NCBI RefSeq assembly: GCF_009914755.1
Contig: NC_060927.1
Origin: the human T2T-CHM13v2.0 reference genome, Homo sapiens
Strand: one strand, 5' to 3'
DNA length: 64,000 nt
The notes under the pieces were generated by a model. It saw only the letters and a program-made list of their open reading frames with translations. It did no database searches and was not told the origin of the DNA. The number at the start of each line of letters is the position of its first letter. The stretch's first letter is position 1. A program made the position numbers and the translations under genes. Below are positions 44,906 to 58,352 of this stretch, in pieces.

Positions 44906-45362
44906 ATAATTTTTGCTACTTTCACAGGACAATAATAAAAATATGATGATGACAAAAGAGCACTACAAAATAATTATACAGAGATTGAATTATATTTCCA
45001 GAGACTCGAAACTGCTTTCCTCTTGTAAGCAAGGCAATGTTGAGAACTAGGTGAATTGATGTCAGTGAATCCATATAGCAAGTGGCATGGAAGGACCATG
45101 CACCTTCCTAAAGTGCTTCACATTACTCAGAACACTGGGGGAAGATACTTCCAAGACAAGAAAAAATGTGGGCATTATGGTTATTATTCTTCTTATTCAG
45201 TTGAGTAAACTGAATTCACACAAGTGTGAAGAATGGAGTACACAAATATAACATAGTTCAACCTTGTTGATACTAAAGTACAGTGTAATGTTCCATGAAC
45301 ATCTTTTCAACCAACTTCAATCCAGAATTATTCTCCCATTACAGGAGCTGGAGGATTTCACT

Positions 45363-45770
45363 TGTGGGGGTCATTAGGATGCTTCCAAAATACTCTGGTT
45401 TTCTCTTTCTTATCACCTAATAATATTGTCCTTCCCTATCCCTTGAAGTTAGGTATGGCCATTTGACTTATTTTAGCCAATGAAATATGAGCATAAGCGA
45501 CATGTGTCATTTCTAAACAGAAGTTTTAAGCGCCAGAGTTATTCTCCAGCTGTCTCTTTTCTCTCTGATGTGGGTAACAGCAATGCTTCACAGGAAGGTA
45601 TTATATAAGCCCAAGACTCCAAGTAAGGAGACAGAATAGTATCCTCTGCTGACTTGCTTTTGATGTCTAGTGTGTGTGAGAAATTCATCTTTTGCTGTGT
45701 TAAGTCACTGAGACTTGGAGACTGTTCCAAATTTCAATCAAGGGACTGTTCCCATCCTTAATGATATACA
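45363..45770 (+). mobile_element. MLT1I/J-like MaLR solo LTR
   Basis: CCCTTGAAGTTAGGTATGGCCATTTGACTTATTTTAGCCAATGAAAT..TTGCTGTGTTAAGTCACTGAGAC..ATACA. Confidence 0.8.
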
Positions 45771-45907
45771 AGCTCATCTCTGTATTTGTCAGAGGTCAAT
45801 GGAAAAACCAAAAACGACCATACCTATTCTTTTCGCAGCAACGTTATTAACGAAGTGGACTAGGTGCTACAGAATGAATGGAAAGCTTGAAGGAGAAAGA
45901 TTTAGGT

Positions 45908-46125
45908 CAGACGGTGGCAAACTGTAGCCTGAAGATCAAACACACACCTGCTGTTTTTGTAAAAATAAAGTTTTATAGGGAATAGCCATGTCTATTTGTT
46001 TATGTATTTTCTATGGCTATTTTTAAACTATCACAGAGTTAAGTAATTGCAACAGAGATTGAATGGCCCACAAAGCCTAAAATATTTACTATCTGCCCTT
46101 TAAAGAAAAAGTTTTCCTGTTGCTG
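45908..46125 (+). mobile_element. MER58A hAT-Charlie MITE
   Basis: GGCAAACT..CCTGCTGTTTTTGTAAAAATAAAGTTTTA..TGGCCCACAAAGCCTAAAATATTTACTATCTGCCCTTTAAAGAAAAAGTTT. Confidence 0.88.
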
Positions 46126-46184
46126 ATTTAGGGTAAGCTTCCTAGAATGGCTTTTAACAGCATTCAGAACCAACAAACTTAAGA

Positions 46185-46545
46185 AGCTACTACCTCTAAG
46201 GCTAGAACTGGAGGTTTGCCAGAAGAAAGAAGGCAATTTTGCCTCCAATGCATATCTATCCCTCAACAGAGAGAAGGCTGGAGAACAGACACTGGAGAGC
46301 TGCTGCATAAAAACTGCACATTTCCAGAACATTGTATGAAAAAGATGCAAAAAGGCAGCCTCTGCCTCACTTCTGTCTCCAAAATCTTGTGCAAGAGAAC
46401 CTAATTGGTAGAATCTAGTTCTCATCCAGAATTTTAGCTTTTGGGCTGCAAAAAAGAAGCATAAAGTTCCTAGCTCTCCAACTTTTTATCTAAAAGCACA
46501 ATGAAAGGGGAATTGAATTAACCAACTCAGAGTATTTAGCTGACA
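46185..46545 (-). mobile_element. Possible ancient MaLR-type LTR relic
   Basis: CTAATTGGTAGAATCTAGTTCTCATCCAGAATTTTAGC..GCTGCAA resembles old MLT1 motifs. Confidence 0.35.
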
Positions 46546-47189
46546 GTTACTGTTTTACTGTCCTCAGATTTCTGGGATAGTCCATCTTCTTTATGATTTC
46601 ACATGAATCCTTGCAATACATACTTTTTTATTTAGACTAATATGAGTGCATTCCTTGCAAATCATTAGAGAAGAACTTGAAATTGAGCTACCGAAAATAT
46701 GTATCCTGTCTCAATTTTATAAAAAGACACATAGATGTATACATTACATCTTCATTTATGTATCAGTCACAGCAGAGTTACCAAATGGCAATAAGTGGTT
46801 AATAAGTGTACATTACTAAATTGTCAAAAACCTTCCCAGTCCATCCATTTCCTTCTACATCAAATAAAATTATTTTCATTTGAGTTTCTAGAATAATCAT
46901 AATCTGGTCCTATTCTATTTAACTACATACCCATCAGCTCTTAAGTCAGTTTCCCTGTCTCTGCTCAGAATGATCTGGCTACATACTGTCCCCTAAGTCC
47001 ATGTTAACACCTACCTCTGTGCCTTCCCAATGTTATTCTCCCTTTCTTGTTTCCTTTTCATCCAGCATATCAAAGTTTTCAGAGCCAACTTCTCAAAGCA
47101 GCTGTCTACGCTTGTTGTCTCAATTCCACCCTGACATCAATTCCATCAGTCCAGGGGAGAGCAAAATCATGGACGTCATCAATTTAGTG

Positions 47190-47290
47190 AACATTGGTCC
47201 TCAGATTACTTGACCCCTCAGCCACATTTGAAGCTATCGATTTCTCTTTCATGTTAAAATACTCTCGGTTTTTAGTTTCTGTGACTCTTA
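47190..47290 (+). mobile_element. L2 RT-domain fragment
   Basis: CTTGACCCCTCAGCCACATTTGAAGCTATCGAT (LDLSAAFDTVD-like). Confidence 0.55.
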
Positions 47291-47377
47291 GTTTCTGTGA
47301 CAACACCCTTGCCCAGTGTTTGTGACAACATCCTTCCCCTTCCCCTCTCTACTAACAGCTTGTTATCTTCCAACCAG

Positions 47378-47443
47378 GAGCTAGATCAGATGTTTCTTCA
47401 ATCATCTGACCTAGGATCTTCACTATCTGCGTTCTCTTCCAAG
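47378..47443 (+). other. Candidate non-coding exon (66 nt; alternative start 47359)
   Basis: Perfect branch point TACTAAC at 47350-47356, acceptor TTGTTATCTTCCAACCAG|, perfect donor AAG|GTAAGT. Confidence 0.35.
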
Positions 47444-47698
47444 GTAAGTTTGTACAAACCCACAGAATCAATTACTATCCTCACACTGATGATTGATTTT
47501 GGTTTATGTTCTAGTATGAAGAAGATAATTCTCTCATTCCTTTTGTTTCTTTTCTTATAGAGAGATTCCCATTATAGAGAAACCCTCTATAACCCTTTCT
47601 TGTTCGTTCCCAAGAGAGAAGAAATTATTTGTCAAATGCTAATTTTGAGAAGAATAAATGAAAAATGCTTGGATCATCACTTTCTTCTTTCTCCTTAG

Positions 47699-47802
47699 AA
47701 ATCAGACACAAAGAGCATATATTCTGTTCTCTTCCTCCATTTGCAAGTTTCCAGGCATGGGGTCCACTCATGTGTGATACAGCCCTGCCTGTGACAGATT
47801 AG
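47699..47802 (+). other. Candidate non-coding exon (104 nt)
   Basis: Acceptor CTTTCTTCTTTCTCCTTAG|, donor TAG|GTAAGT; stops in all three frames. Confidence 0.4.
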
Positions 47803-48029
47803 GTAAGTCTGTCTATTTTTGAGGTTCACTGTTAATAAACAGAGTGCCTGCAGTCAAAAGCCACGTTCATCAGTATCAGTCTTAGCAGTAATAAAAGCAG
47901 TTTACCTCTCCATCTTCTCTCTTGATTTATGTCTCATTAAATTTGAAATTGAATAGAGAAAGTGGCACTCTGTAATGGGCCCATATACAACAACTCTGAA
48001 ATAATTGAGTCCCATTTTCAGAGCAACCA

Positions 48030-48945
48030 CTTCACTCACTTCAGAAGTTTTTATTGAACATTTACTATGCCCAGACACTGTACTATATACTGAGAATGCA
48101 TAGTAGGTATTCTCAATGAACAAAACAGCTAGCTTTGCTTCCTTTTTCATTTATTTGTTTGGTCAACAATTATATATTGAGCATCTGCTTTATGTGCTTG
48201 ATATGCATCGCTTAAAGTAAACAAACAGAAAATGAGATACATGCCCTTATGGAAATTTATTTTATTAGGGGAAGATACACAATAAATATAATAAATAATT
48301 ACATAATATGTTAGAAGGTATTACATACTACAAAAAAAGGAAAAAAGAAACAGTAGAGACGGGTAGGGAATAAGGAGAGTTGATATAGTATTATGATTTG
48401 TAATAGGTTAATCAAGGTAAGTCTCCTTGGGTGGTTGAGCAAAAAAGTGGAAGTACATGAGCAGTTAGCTTTGTAAGCATCTGAGGAAACTATTTAGACA
48501 GAAAGAATGGCCAGTGCAAAGGCCCTTAGGCAAGATCATGGTTGGTGTGCCTGTAAGGGAACGGTAAGGAGGACTGTGTGACAGAAGTAGAAAGAACCAA
48601 GGGGAGAAATATAGGAGATAAGGGTAGACACAAACCCTGGGGCCAGAGCATGTAGTGTCTTGCAGGCCATTGTCAGGACTTTGATATTTAATGGAATCAC
48701 TCTGGCTCCTGTATTAAGAAGAATGCCTCACTGGGAATAAGGATAGAATCCCAGACACCAGTTAGGTGACTTTTGCTGAAAGTATAGTGGCTTAGACCAG
48801 GCTAGTAGCAGCAGAGGTGGTGGAAAATAGTCAGAGTGTAGATATAGTTTGAAGGTAAAGCCAGCAAAATTTTCTAAACAATTGTATCTGAGATGTTAGA
48901 GAAAGAGAAAATCCACTGATAAAACCAAAGCTGCTTTTGCTTTTG
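48030..48945 (-). mobile_element. L2 (L2a-like) 3' regions, two adjacent pieces
   Basis: TTTATTGAACATTTACTATGCCCAGACACTG; GCCAGTGCAAAGGCCCTTAGGCAAGA; GGCCATTGTCAGGACTTTG; GGATCACTCTGGCT-like; TTGAAGGTAAAGCCAGCA. Confidence 0.85.
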
Positions 48946-48949
48946 TCTT

Positions 48950-50110
<1,161 letters not shown>

Positions 50111-50152
50111 TTCTATGTCATATTGTGATCTCCTAAAAGTTCTTACTGAAAA

Positions 50153-50158
<6 letters not shown>

Positions 50159-50183
<25 letters not shown>
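50159..50183. repeat. (TA)n microsatellite
   Basis: About 12 uninterrupted TA units. Confidence 0.95.
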
Positions 50184-51404
50184 CACTCTTAACAATCTAT
50201 CCCAATGATCAGATATACCCTAGTTTTCATGGTGGTAGAAGAAAGACTTCTAAGAAAAGAAACTAAAAATTTGTATAGCTGCTTTTGGAAGAAGATAATT
50301 ATCTTTCTCTGCCAACAGTGAACCAAATAAAAGTCTAGCATGAACATTTGGCAAATATGTGAAACCTTGTTGCCATGGACTTGAAGGATGCTTCATATAG
50401 CAAATTGAAAGACATTTCTGTGTTGGGTAGTCTGTTCAAAGTGTGGCTCATTTAGTTACATCACAGCATTCAATGATATTTTACTTATTTTGCCAAGGTT
50501 TAAAGCAAACAGTCATTAATTTGTAGTTTATTATGATAGTTACAGAAAAACTCAAAATATTTCCAGTGGACACATTTTGATAAATAAAACAACTAACATT
50601 CATTAAAAAGAAAAATATATACTTCCTACCCTCAGCCACCTCCTTTCACTCTCCCAAATTGCTTATGAAGGGAGTTTTTGTTGCTGCTTGTTGCAGTGAT
50701 CCAGGCTTGCTGCCTAATTCTCTTTTCTATTTCTCACTTGACTCTCAATCACAGTGCCTAAATAGGTGCTTAAAAACAAAATCAAAGCCCTAGTGTTTTG
50801 GGTACATCACAGAGTGGATACGTGCTCTAAATGAACGAGTGCTTCTCTGAACATTATTTTTCAAAAAGGCCCTGAAGATGTCATCTTGGATTTTATCTGC
50901 TTTAAGCAAGTGTTCATCTGTTGCTAAATCCACAAGACAGAATTACAGAGACTAAGGATATACAGGGGGTCAGAAAAAAAAACAGTGAAAATCTTCTCTG
51001 AAGTGAATATGAGAATCAGGCTGTTAATTCATCATTGAATAATTATTGCAAATCCAAAGTAGTAAATTGACAGGGTAGATATTGGAGGAGACCTACTGAA
51101 CTATATGCCACTAAGAGAAGAAAAGAAGACATAAAGGTCATAGTTCTTGGTCTTAATATTCTCAGGATCTACTAAAGTAGACAAGACATATGCAAACCCA
51201 ACCAAGGAAGAGAGACAAAGAAAGCTATGTAAAAAATCAAGAATAGAAAAAAAAAATCAAAAGCTGGAAAAAATAGATCAAATTTTAGAATGATTTGTTT
51301 TGGAGTATTTGCATTATAATATTAATAAAGTTAAATAAAAGTAGAACCCCAGAGCAATAAAACATGCTGTGGGGTAAACTGTAAGGCATAGGGATTTAAG
51401 GAAA

Positions 51405-51535
51405 GAAATTCATTCATTTATTAGTTCTCTCAGTAAATATTGCATTGAGTATTTATTACACATCTACTATGGTCAAAAAGCAGTGCAAGAGAATTGTTCT
51501 TGATACTCATGGAGCTGATTATGGTCTGGTGGGTG
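51405..51535 (-). mobile_element. L2 3' end fragment
   Basis: ATTCATTCATTTATT..CAGTAAATATTGCATTGAGTATTTATTA..CTCATGGAGCTGA. Confidence 0.6.
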
Positions 51536-51574
51536 TGAACTGATATTGGCTAATTAACCGTAATAAAAGAATGT

Positions 51575-52900
51575 AAGCTCCACTTTCTCCCTTGATTCCA
51601 GGACAAAAATCTCTTGTTTTTTCTCCCACCTCTCTGATCACTCATTTTCAATCTCCTTTCCTAGTTTCTCCTCTCATCCCTGGGCTTCTAAAGGTGAAGT
51701 TCCAAGACTCTATCCTTGAGCCTCTTTTCTTTTCTTTTTTAAAAATCTATGGCTGGTTCCTGGGTTGAGTTGAGTTCCCTCAAAATTCACATGTTGAAGT
51801 CCTAACCCCTTCTACCTAAGAATGTGACCTTATTTGAAAACAAGGTTGGTGCAGATGTAATCCGTTAAAATTAGGCTATACTGGAGTAGAGTGGACCCCT
51901 AATCCAATATAAATGGTATCCTTTTAAAAGGGGAAATTCGGATGCAGACACACACGCAAGGAGAACACCATGTGAACCTAAAGGCAGAGATTAGGATGAG
52001 GCATCTATAAGCCAAAGAACTCCAAAGATTGTCAGCAAACACCAGAAGCTAGAAGAGAGGCATAAAACAGATACTTGATTCTCCCTCATAGCCTTCAAAT
52101 AACTGATCCTTCTGATGCCTTAATCTCCAGCTTCTAGCCTCCAGAGCTGTGAGACAACAAATTTCTGTTGTTTGAGCCACCCAGGTTGTGGTACTTTGTT
52201 ACGAACTCCCTGTCAAACTAATACGTCCCCAGGTAATCACATTTTGCCTCAGTTTTAAATTACATATCTATGCCAGAATCTCCCACATTTACATCTTTTA
52301 TAAGAATTTCCTTTCATCTTCCAGATTCATGTATGCAACCACCTACTGACATTTCCACTTAGATGTCTTAAAAACATCTCAAACTCAATATGTCCAAAAT
52401 TGAACTCCTGATCTCTTACCATAAAACGTGTTCACCTATAGCCTTCCCTGTCTTATTAAATGGCAGTTCTATTCTCTTGGTTTTCAGGTCAAAATCCTTG
52501 GTGGGTGTAATTCCTGGTTCCTTTCTTTTTCTCATATTCTATATTCAGTCTTCCAGGAAATCCTGTTGACTTCTCCTTCCAAATACATCTAAAATATATT
52601 ATTTTGCCCATGACCTCTACTCTATTACCCACATCTGAGCTAGCATCTCTCTCCCCCAGATTCCTGCAACAGCCACCTAACCTCCCTGCTTTTACTCTTA
52701 ACCCCCTTAATCCATTCAACACAGCAACTAAAATGATCCTTTTAAAATATCAGTTGCCATGTGTTGATCCTCTGCTCAAAGCTTACAATGGTTCACCTTT
52801 TCCTTCAGTGGAAATGTCAAAGCATTCACAATGGCCTATGCTGGTGGTTTAACACACAGACCTTTTCTCCTCTGTCACATTCTCCTCAACCACACTGATT
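51575..52900 (+). mobile_element. L2 segment split by MLT1C (51575-51754 and 52226-52900)
   Basis: CCCTTGATTCCAGGACA..TTCTCCCACCTCTCTGATCACTC; CTACTGACATTTCCACTTAGATGTCT..CATCTCAAACTCAATATGTCCAAAATTGAACTCCTGATCT. Confidence 0.85.
51755..52225 (+). mobile_element. MLT1C MaLR solo LTR
   Basis: CAAAATTCACATGTTGAAGTCCTAACCCC..AGAATGTGACCTTATTTG..CCACCCAGGTTGTGGTACTTTGTTACG..AAACTAATAC. Confidence 0.9.
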
Positions 52901-52954
52901 GAACAACTTCAGACTTTTATCAAGTGTTTTGAGTTAAATTTAATTGTATCAATT

Positions 52955-53045
52955 GAATTGTCATTTCTGTGAACTTCAGTTTCTTCCCTTGTAAAATGAA
53001 GAGGTTTAAATAATCTATACGGATTCTTTCAGCTCTAACACTTAT
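52955..53045 (+). mobile_element. MIR3-like fragment
   Basis: CTTCAGTTTCTTCCCTTGTAAAATGAAGAGGTT..TCTTTCAGCTCTAACA. Confidence 0.65.
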
Positions 53046-54734
53046 AATTTTTCACTAACAAGAGAATTCACTCTACTATGTATTATGGTGACACTGTGTT
53101 GAAGGAGTCCAAATGAAGCTACTATTTTGTAATTATATATAGAGTTGATCTAATCACCAAAGACAGAGCACTAGGCAATCTAATTCCCAAAGTGAATTTT
53201 ATTCCGTTTAGCTGACTACATTCAAACAAATTAGATAATTTGATAGCCTTAGCCACTATGTAAGAAACTAGTAATCTTTAGAAAAGCTGCATGTTCTGAA
53301 TGGGCCGGTCCACATTTTACGTGAATCAAGAGGACATATACACATGTAAGAATACCTACATGTTATATATATATTATTGTAAAGTATACCTAGCATGCTG
53401 CAGTATAAATACATCACTATAATATTTGTAAAGTATCTCAATATTGCCAGATCACATATAGTGATATATTATCATGAGATAATTGCCCCTTATCTCATGA
53501 CTCCTACTAACCTCCCGCCTCCAAGACTGAACCTTGAGTATTATTGCTCCATGAAAAGTGAGAGCAGACATTTGGTTTATTTATTGGTAAAATAATAAAT
53601 AAGCTTGGAAATCAAGCATGGAAAAAGAGAGAATTTTTCTAACTTTCATAGTATATTTAGCCAAGTGTGCTCAGACCATAGAGTTTCCATCAGGGACAAG
53701 ACAAAAAAAAAAGCTAGGCCAAGGGATTTGGTGCCCTAAGGTAGAAGGAAAGAACCTTCTCCATACTTGACAATAGAATGTGTTTTAGATAAGATAAGGG
53801 ATGCACTGAAAGCAGATGCTACTCATATATGAGTCTGGAAAACGCCATGATGGAGAACAGTTCTGTACCCACATAACAGGCTACAGCATGGTAAAGAGGA
53901 TAGGGCAACTTGATGGGCAAAGTGAGATGCAGTTCATACTCCTAAAGTAGCCTCAGTTTCTCTGTGGCATTTTGATAAATCGAGAGAAGGTAGATCTTCT
54001 GTAAGGACAACTCTATTCTCACATTTAAGCTAATCATCTGTGTTTTGCTGGCAATTTCTGTTACCTGCATCAATTCAGAGACAAAATTCTCTGTGAAGTT
54101 CTCATGTGTTCACAAATCATCCACTCCTGTCCTTTCTCTCTGGCCCCCATACCAATGGTCATGGCTTTCTGAGACACTTGAGGGAAAGGGCCACTTTGGC
54201 CAGAAACCAGCAAAGGGAATTCCAAGGGTGCTTTCTCCTGATGCTCCCAAAGTACCCAACCCTCAATATTTCAAAGCCTTTTCATTGAGCTACACATCAG
54301 CACTTCACCATCCCCATTCTACTCACAAATCTCAAATGACTAAGATGCCACTGTGTATGTGTCAAAGTCATGGTCAAATGGCAGAAACTGAAGCAATCAT
54401 TCATTCTGATTGGTGTTCATTCTGGAATGTGATAGGAGTGTTCTGGGATGACTAGGGTAATCATATCTGTCTGACTTTAATCCAGAAAGATAACAAGGAA
54501 AAGGTGAGTTGTAAGTGAAATTTTAAAGAACATTGGAAGGCAGGAAGAAGTTAGGGCATTCCAGCCAATGGGAATAAAAGAGTGCAAGTTGGAGGCCATT
54601 TATCTGAGATATACAAAAGAAGCACATTTGTTTTACTGGAGCAGAAACTGTGTCAGCGATGAGACATGGAATAATTACAGAGTAAAAGCTGATGGCAGTT
54701 GTGAAGGAATCATTTGATATAACTTCCTTAAGGC

Positions 54735-54775
54735 CAAAAAAATAGTATTTCTCCACCTCAAAAAAATAGTATTTC
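54735..54775. repeat. 17-bp direct repeat, period 24
   Basis: CAAAAAAATAGTATTTC at 54735-54751 and 54759-54775. Confidence 0.85.
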
Positions 54776-57547
54776 ACACTTCAAAATAAAAAATACAGCT
54801 AATACTGCCTTTCAACTGAGATTATATATAGAAGCATATTCATTTTTTAATGTTTTTGCCCCAAATAATTTTCTCCTTTGGGAGGCAGTATTAGAACTAT
54901 GATGATAATGAAAGCACTCAACAACTGTAGCCACATTTGTAATGATTTAGCAGTACTTAGCTGAGGTATCATGACATCAGAAAACACAACAAATGCTTTG
55001 GAGGGACAATGAGTGGCCTCTATACTTAGCAACACTGTACCTGCATATGTTATAGGTGGAAAAACCTCCTGGGATAAGCACTGGATAATAAAGAATTTGA
55101 TTCATCTTTGCTAAAACTTCTGATAAAGAAGCTAAGTTTGACTTTCTGGCTATGGCAGCAAGCATTTAGGTCAGATACATTCCAAGTATTGGAAATAGGT
55201 ATGTGTACATAGCATTTATGATATGTGTTCTGTGTATATGCAAGCACATTCATAAATACATATACACACATATTTGTGGCAGGCAAACTCACTTTTATTT
55301 GAGAACTCATCTTAGATAGTAGCCATCCCATTGACTCTAGATCAATCAAGCAATATTTATTGAAAAATCTATATATTATTTGTGCTACATGGGATGGAAG
55401 CTGGAAAAACTATCTGAGACCCTCAGACAGCTTTCATTTGTCTTACCTTAGAGCAGCAAGGGCAGGAAGACAAAGGATGGAGCTTGAACCTGGCACATGT
55501 CCAGATAACTGCGCAGCCCAAGGTGCAGAGGGTTTGACAAGACCTAGCATGCTGCAGGCAATAGTGAGCAATTTACCACCAAGAGGTCATGAGCTTCCAA
55601 CAGGTAGACACTTTTCTTCCTAAGAAATCCAAGGCAGAAACACCTGTGGTTTACCTTCAGTTGTGAACGTTTATTCCAAGAACACAAGAAGACAAGGTCA
55701 CATGAAAGTTACCCCATCAGCCTGATAATCATGCTAGGATTCAGATTTATAGGCCGTTCAGAAATCTCATAGACACCCAGAAAATGTGTTCAGCATCTTC
55801 TACCTGGGACTCCCACAGAAGTTATACATTTCTAAATGAAAAAGGATAATATGCCGTCATTCTCTATAGTGCACCCATTGTGTAGAATTTACCCCAAGCC
55901 ACTTGAGAGACCCCTGAGCTTCCTCAGATGCACCCTTTGTACTTATCTCATGCTCCTGTCTCTAACTTAATTGTATCTGGCTACTGCACCAGAGTTACTT
56001 TCACTAAAAATCCACACTGTGAGCCCTACAGTAGCCTCCAAAAATAACAGTTTTCTTGCCACTTTCCCTTTCAAAGTTAGTTGCATACAAATAAGCCTTT
56101 GAGGTACCACAGACTCTACCAGCCTGCAATGGAAGAACTCTGAGTTCCAGCAGCAAGAGTCAATATCTGTTCATGGGTAACCTCCTCAGTCAAGAAAACC
56201 AAAGGGAACAGGTATCACCTATCATGAACCAAAGTAGAAGCAGAGTTTTAGGAAGTGAAATGACAAAGCACAAGTCATTAGTCGGGCACCAGAGCTGGGT
56301 CAGGTTGTAAATGAATGATCTCATGGTCAAGGTAGAGCTAAATCTTCATGAAAAAAAAAAATGATGGTTTTAGCTAAAGAGCGGGATGATAAAAGCAAAA
56401 GATAAAGTTCAAAGAAGCCATATGAAGACACAGTATAAAAGGTGAAAAGCTAAATGACAGTATAGGCAATAAATCATGATGCACGGTGCCAAGGCAGTGC
56501 TAGTGTTCCTCAGGCCTCCTTCAGTCACTGCCACTGCCATCACTCCAGGAGCCACCTTCACAGCAAAGGAGATGTTTGGACTCAGTCTTAAATGAATAGG
56601 CATCATCAGGAAGTGGGAGAGAGGGGTGCAGGGTGGGGGGAATCAATGTGACTACAGCATAGGGTGGGTGTAGGGAAGGAGCAAAGATAAACATTGTGTA
56701 AAGAAGAATAAGATGGGTGCAGGCACACCACCAGAATGGATGTTAATAAAGTTTGTCTCTACTACATGAGGCCTAAATGAGAAACTGTCATTCTGTGACC
56801 ACATTTATTTGAATATCCAGAAAGAATATTCAGAAGAAATCTCACAAACACTTTACATTCTTCACACTGAACATAAAACAAAAAATACAAGAGAGTCTAC
56901 AGATGTAGTCAGCGTTAAGTCCGCCTTAATGAGGCATGGAATAATCTGTCAACTAACCCAGGAACTGAAGCCCACACTACCAGCCAGGCATATCAGGAGA
57001 GCACTGCATCAGACGTCTCAGTTCGTCAATCTAATAAATGAGTTCTCAAATGTCATTTTCCTTCTATATGCAGCAAATATTTTTCTATTATTTAGTTATA
57101 CTGTTTTAATTGGATTAACTCTCAGTGCACCAGCATGGTCTTATCTGAGAGAGAGATTTACGAAGCTTAATGGAGAAAAAGCAAGCTGCAAGAGGAAGGG
57201 AATCACAGTTCAGAGGGACATGTGGTATATGCTTGTCAATACGGAAAATAAGCATGCTAACTTCATATTTTTAAATTAAGGATCATAAAATCAACTGGTG
57301 ATATGCCTTTTATTTCTTTAAGAGAAACATTATCCATGTTGAATATCCTTCAGCAAAATATGCATTTTAATTAAATGCTACAGACAGGGGTTATGCTCCT
57401 GGTCTGTTTGCCATATGTGACAACTATAAGAGAGTTATTAATATAATTTGGGAAAAGAGTACAAAACGATATATGTCACTTATAAACCTGGGTAAAATAA
57501 CTAGCCAGGCTGCACCTTGGCATATGGAACCTTTTCATGTGCAGCAA

Positions 57548-57620
57548 AATTCTGAATTATAATGAATTCAGAATTTCATTTCAGAATTTCATTTCAGAAT
57601 TTCTGAAATGATAATGAATT
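57548..57620. repeat. Compound tandem + inverted micro-repeat
   Basis: TTCAGAATTTCAT x~2.8 (57567-57603); palindromic arms AATTCTGAATT/AATTCAGAATT and CATTTCAGAA/TTCTGAAATG; ATAATGAATT duplicated at 57559 and 57611. Confidence 0.9.
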
Positions 57621-58139
57621 GTTATTAAAATATTTTGCTAGTTTAGAAGTAGTTAAGTCAATAAGATAATATTTATTGTTTCAACGTAAAACTAAACATG
57701 TTAACAGAAATTTTCCAAGTCACAGAGTGTTTTATCAGCTTTTAAAATTTAATATTAAATATGTTTTAAACCATTTTCCTTTGTAAGCATGTGAATCAAG
57801 TTTTTCCAGCCCTTGGTGACTTTTCTGTACATGAGCTTGATATACACCGCACTTTCATATGCATAAGCCTTGCGCGTGTATGATCTGTGTGAAATGTGGG
57901 CAGTCCCTTCAGAATCCACAGCTCGACTGCAGATTGCTGGCTTCTCATACAGAGACCATGGTTACCTAATCGCTCAATTTATGTGATGACTACAGACAGC
58001 CAAACTGAACAAAACCCACTTCAGGGATTGAATTACATGGTTTAGCTGCCTGCATTGATCAGTTTTACTGTATTATTACAAAACAGTCATTTCAGTTTGT
58101 GCTAGCTCCACATACTATGCAGTATATTCCCTTGCTCAT

Positions 58140-58290
58140 AAAGAATTACAGAATTTTTGAGACAGAAGGGGCCTTAGAGATTAATTCCTTATTTTACAGG
58201 TGAAGAAACTGAAGAATCAAAATTTGTTCAATTCAATTGGCACAGTTAAATCAGGAAGAAAACACTTGCTGAAATCTGAATCATTTCAAT
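58140..58290 (-). mobile_element. MIR fragment
   Basis: GAAGGGGCCTTAGAGA..CCTTATTTTACAGGTGAAGAAACTGA. Confidence 0.65.
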
Positions 58291-58301
58291 TTGTTTTCTA
58301 G

Positions 58302-58352
58302 GACCAGCATCATAAAACAGCATATCAGACCCCTTGGCTAGACTGATTTTAG
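58302..58352 (+). other. Candidate non-coding micro-exon (51 nt)
   Basis: Acceptor TTTCAATTTGTTTTCTAG|G, donor TAG|GTAAGT; stops in all frames. Confidence 0.3.

Noticed and set aside
56809-57279. Longest ORF in the track (156 aa)
   Set aside because: Starts at TTG, has no recognisable domain or convincing splice sites; length is compatible with chance in 64 kb
57548-57620. Short repeats with dyad symmetry as a CRISPR-like array or heat-shock element
   Set aside because: No unique spacers, eukaryotic context, and GAA/TTC spacing does not fit nGAAnnTTCn
57981-58010. Box C (GTGATGA) and box D (CTGA) as a snoRNA
   Set aside because: Boxes only ~15 nt apart with no terminal stem; too short for a C/D snoRNA
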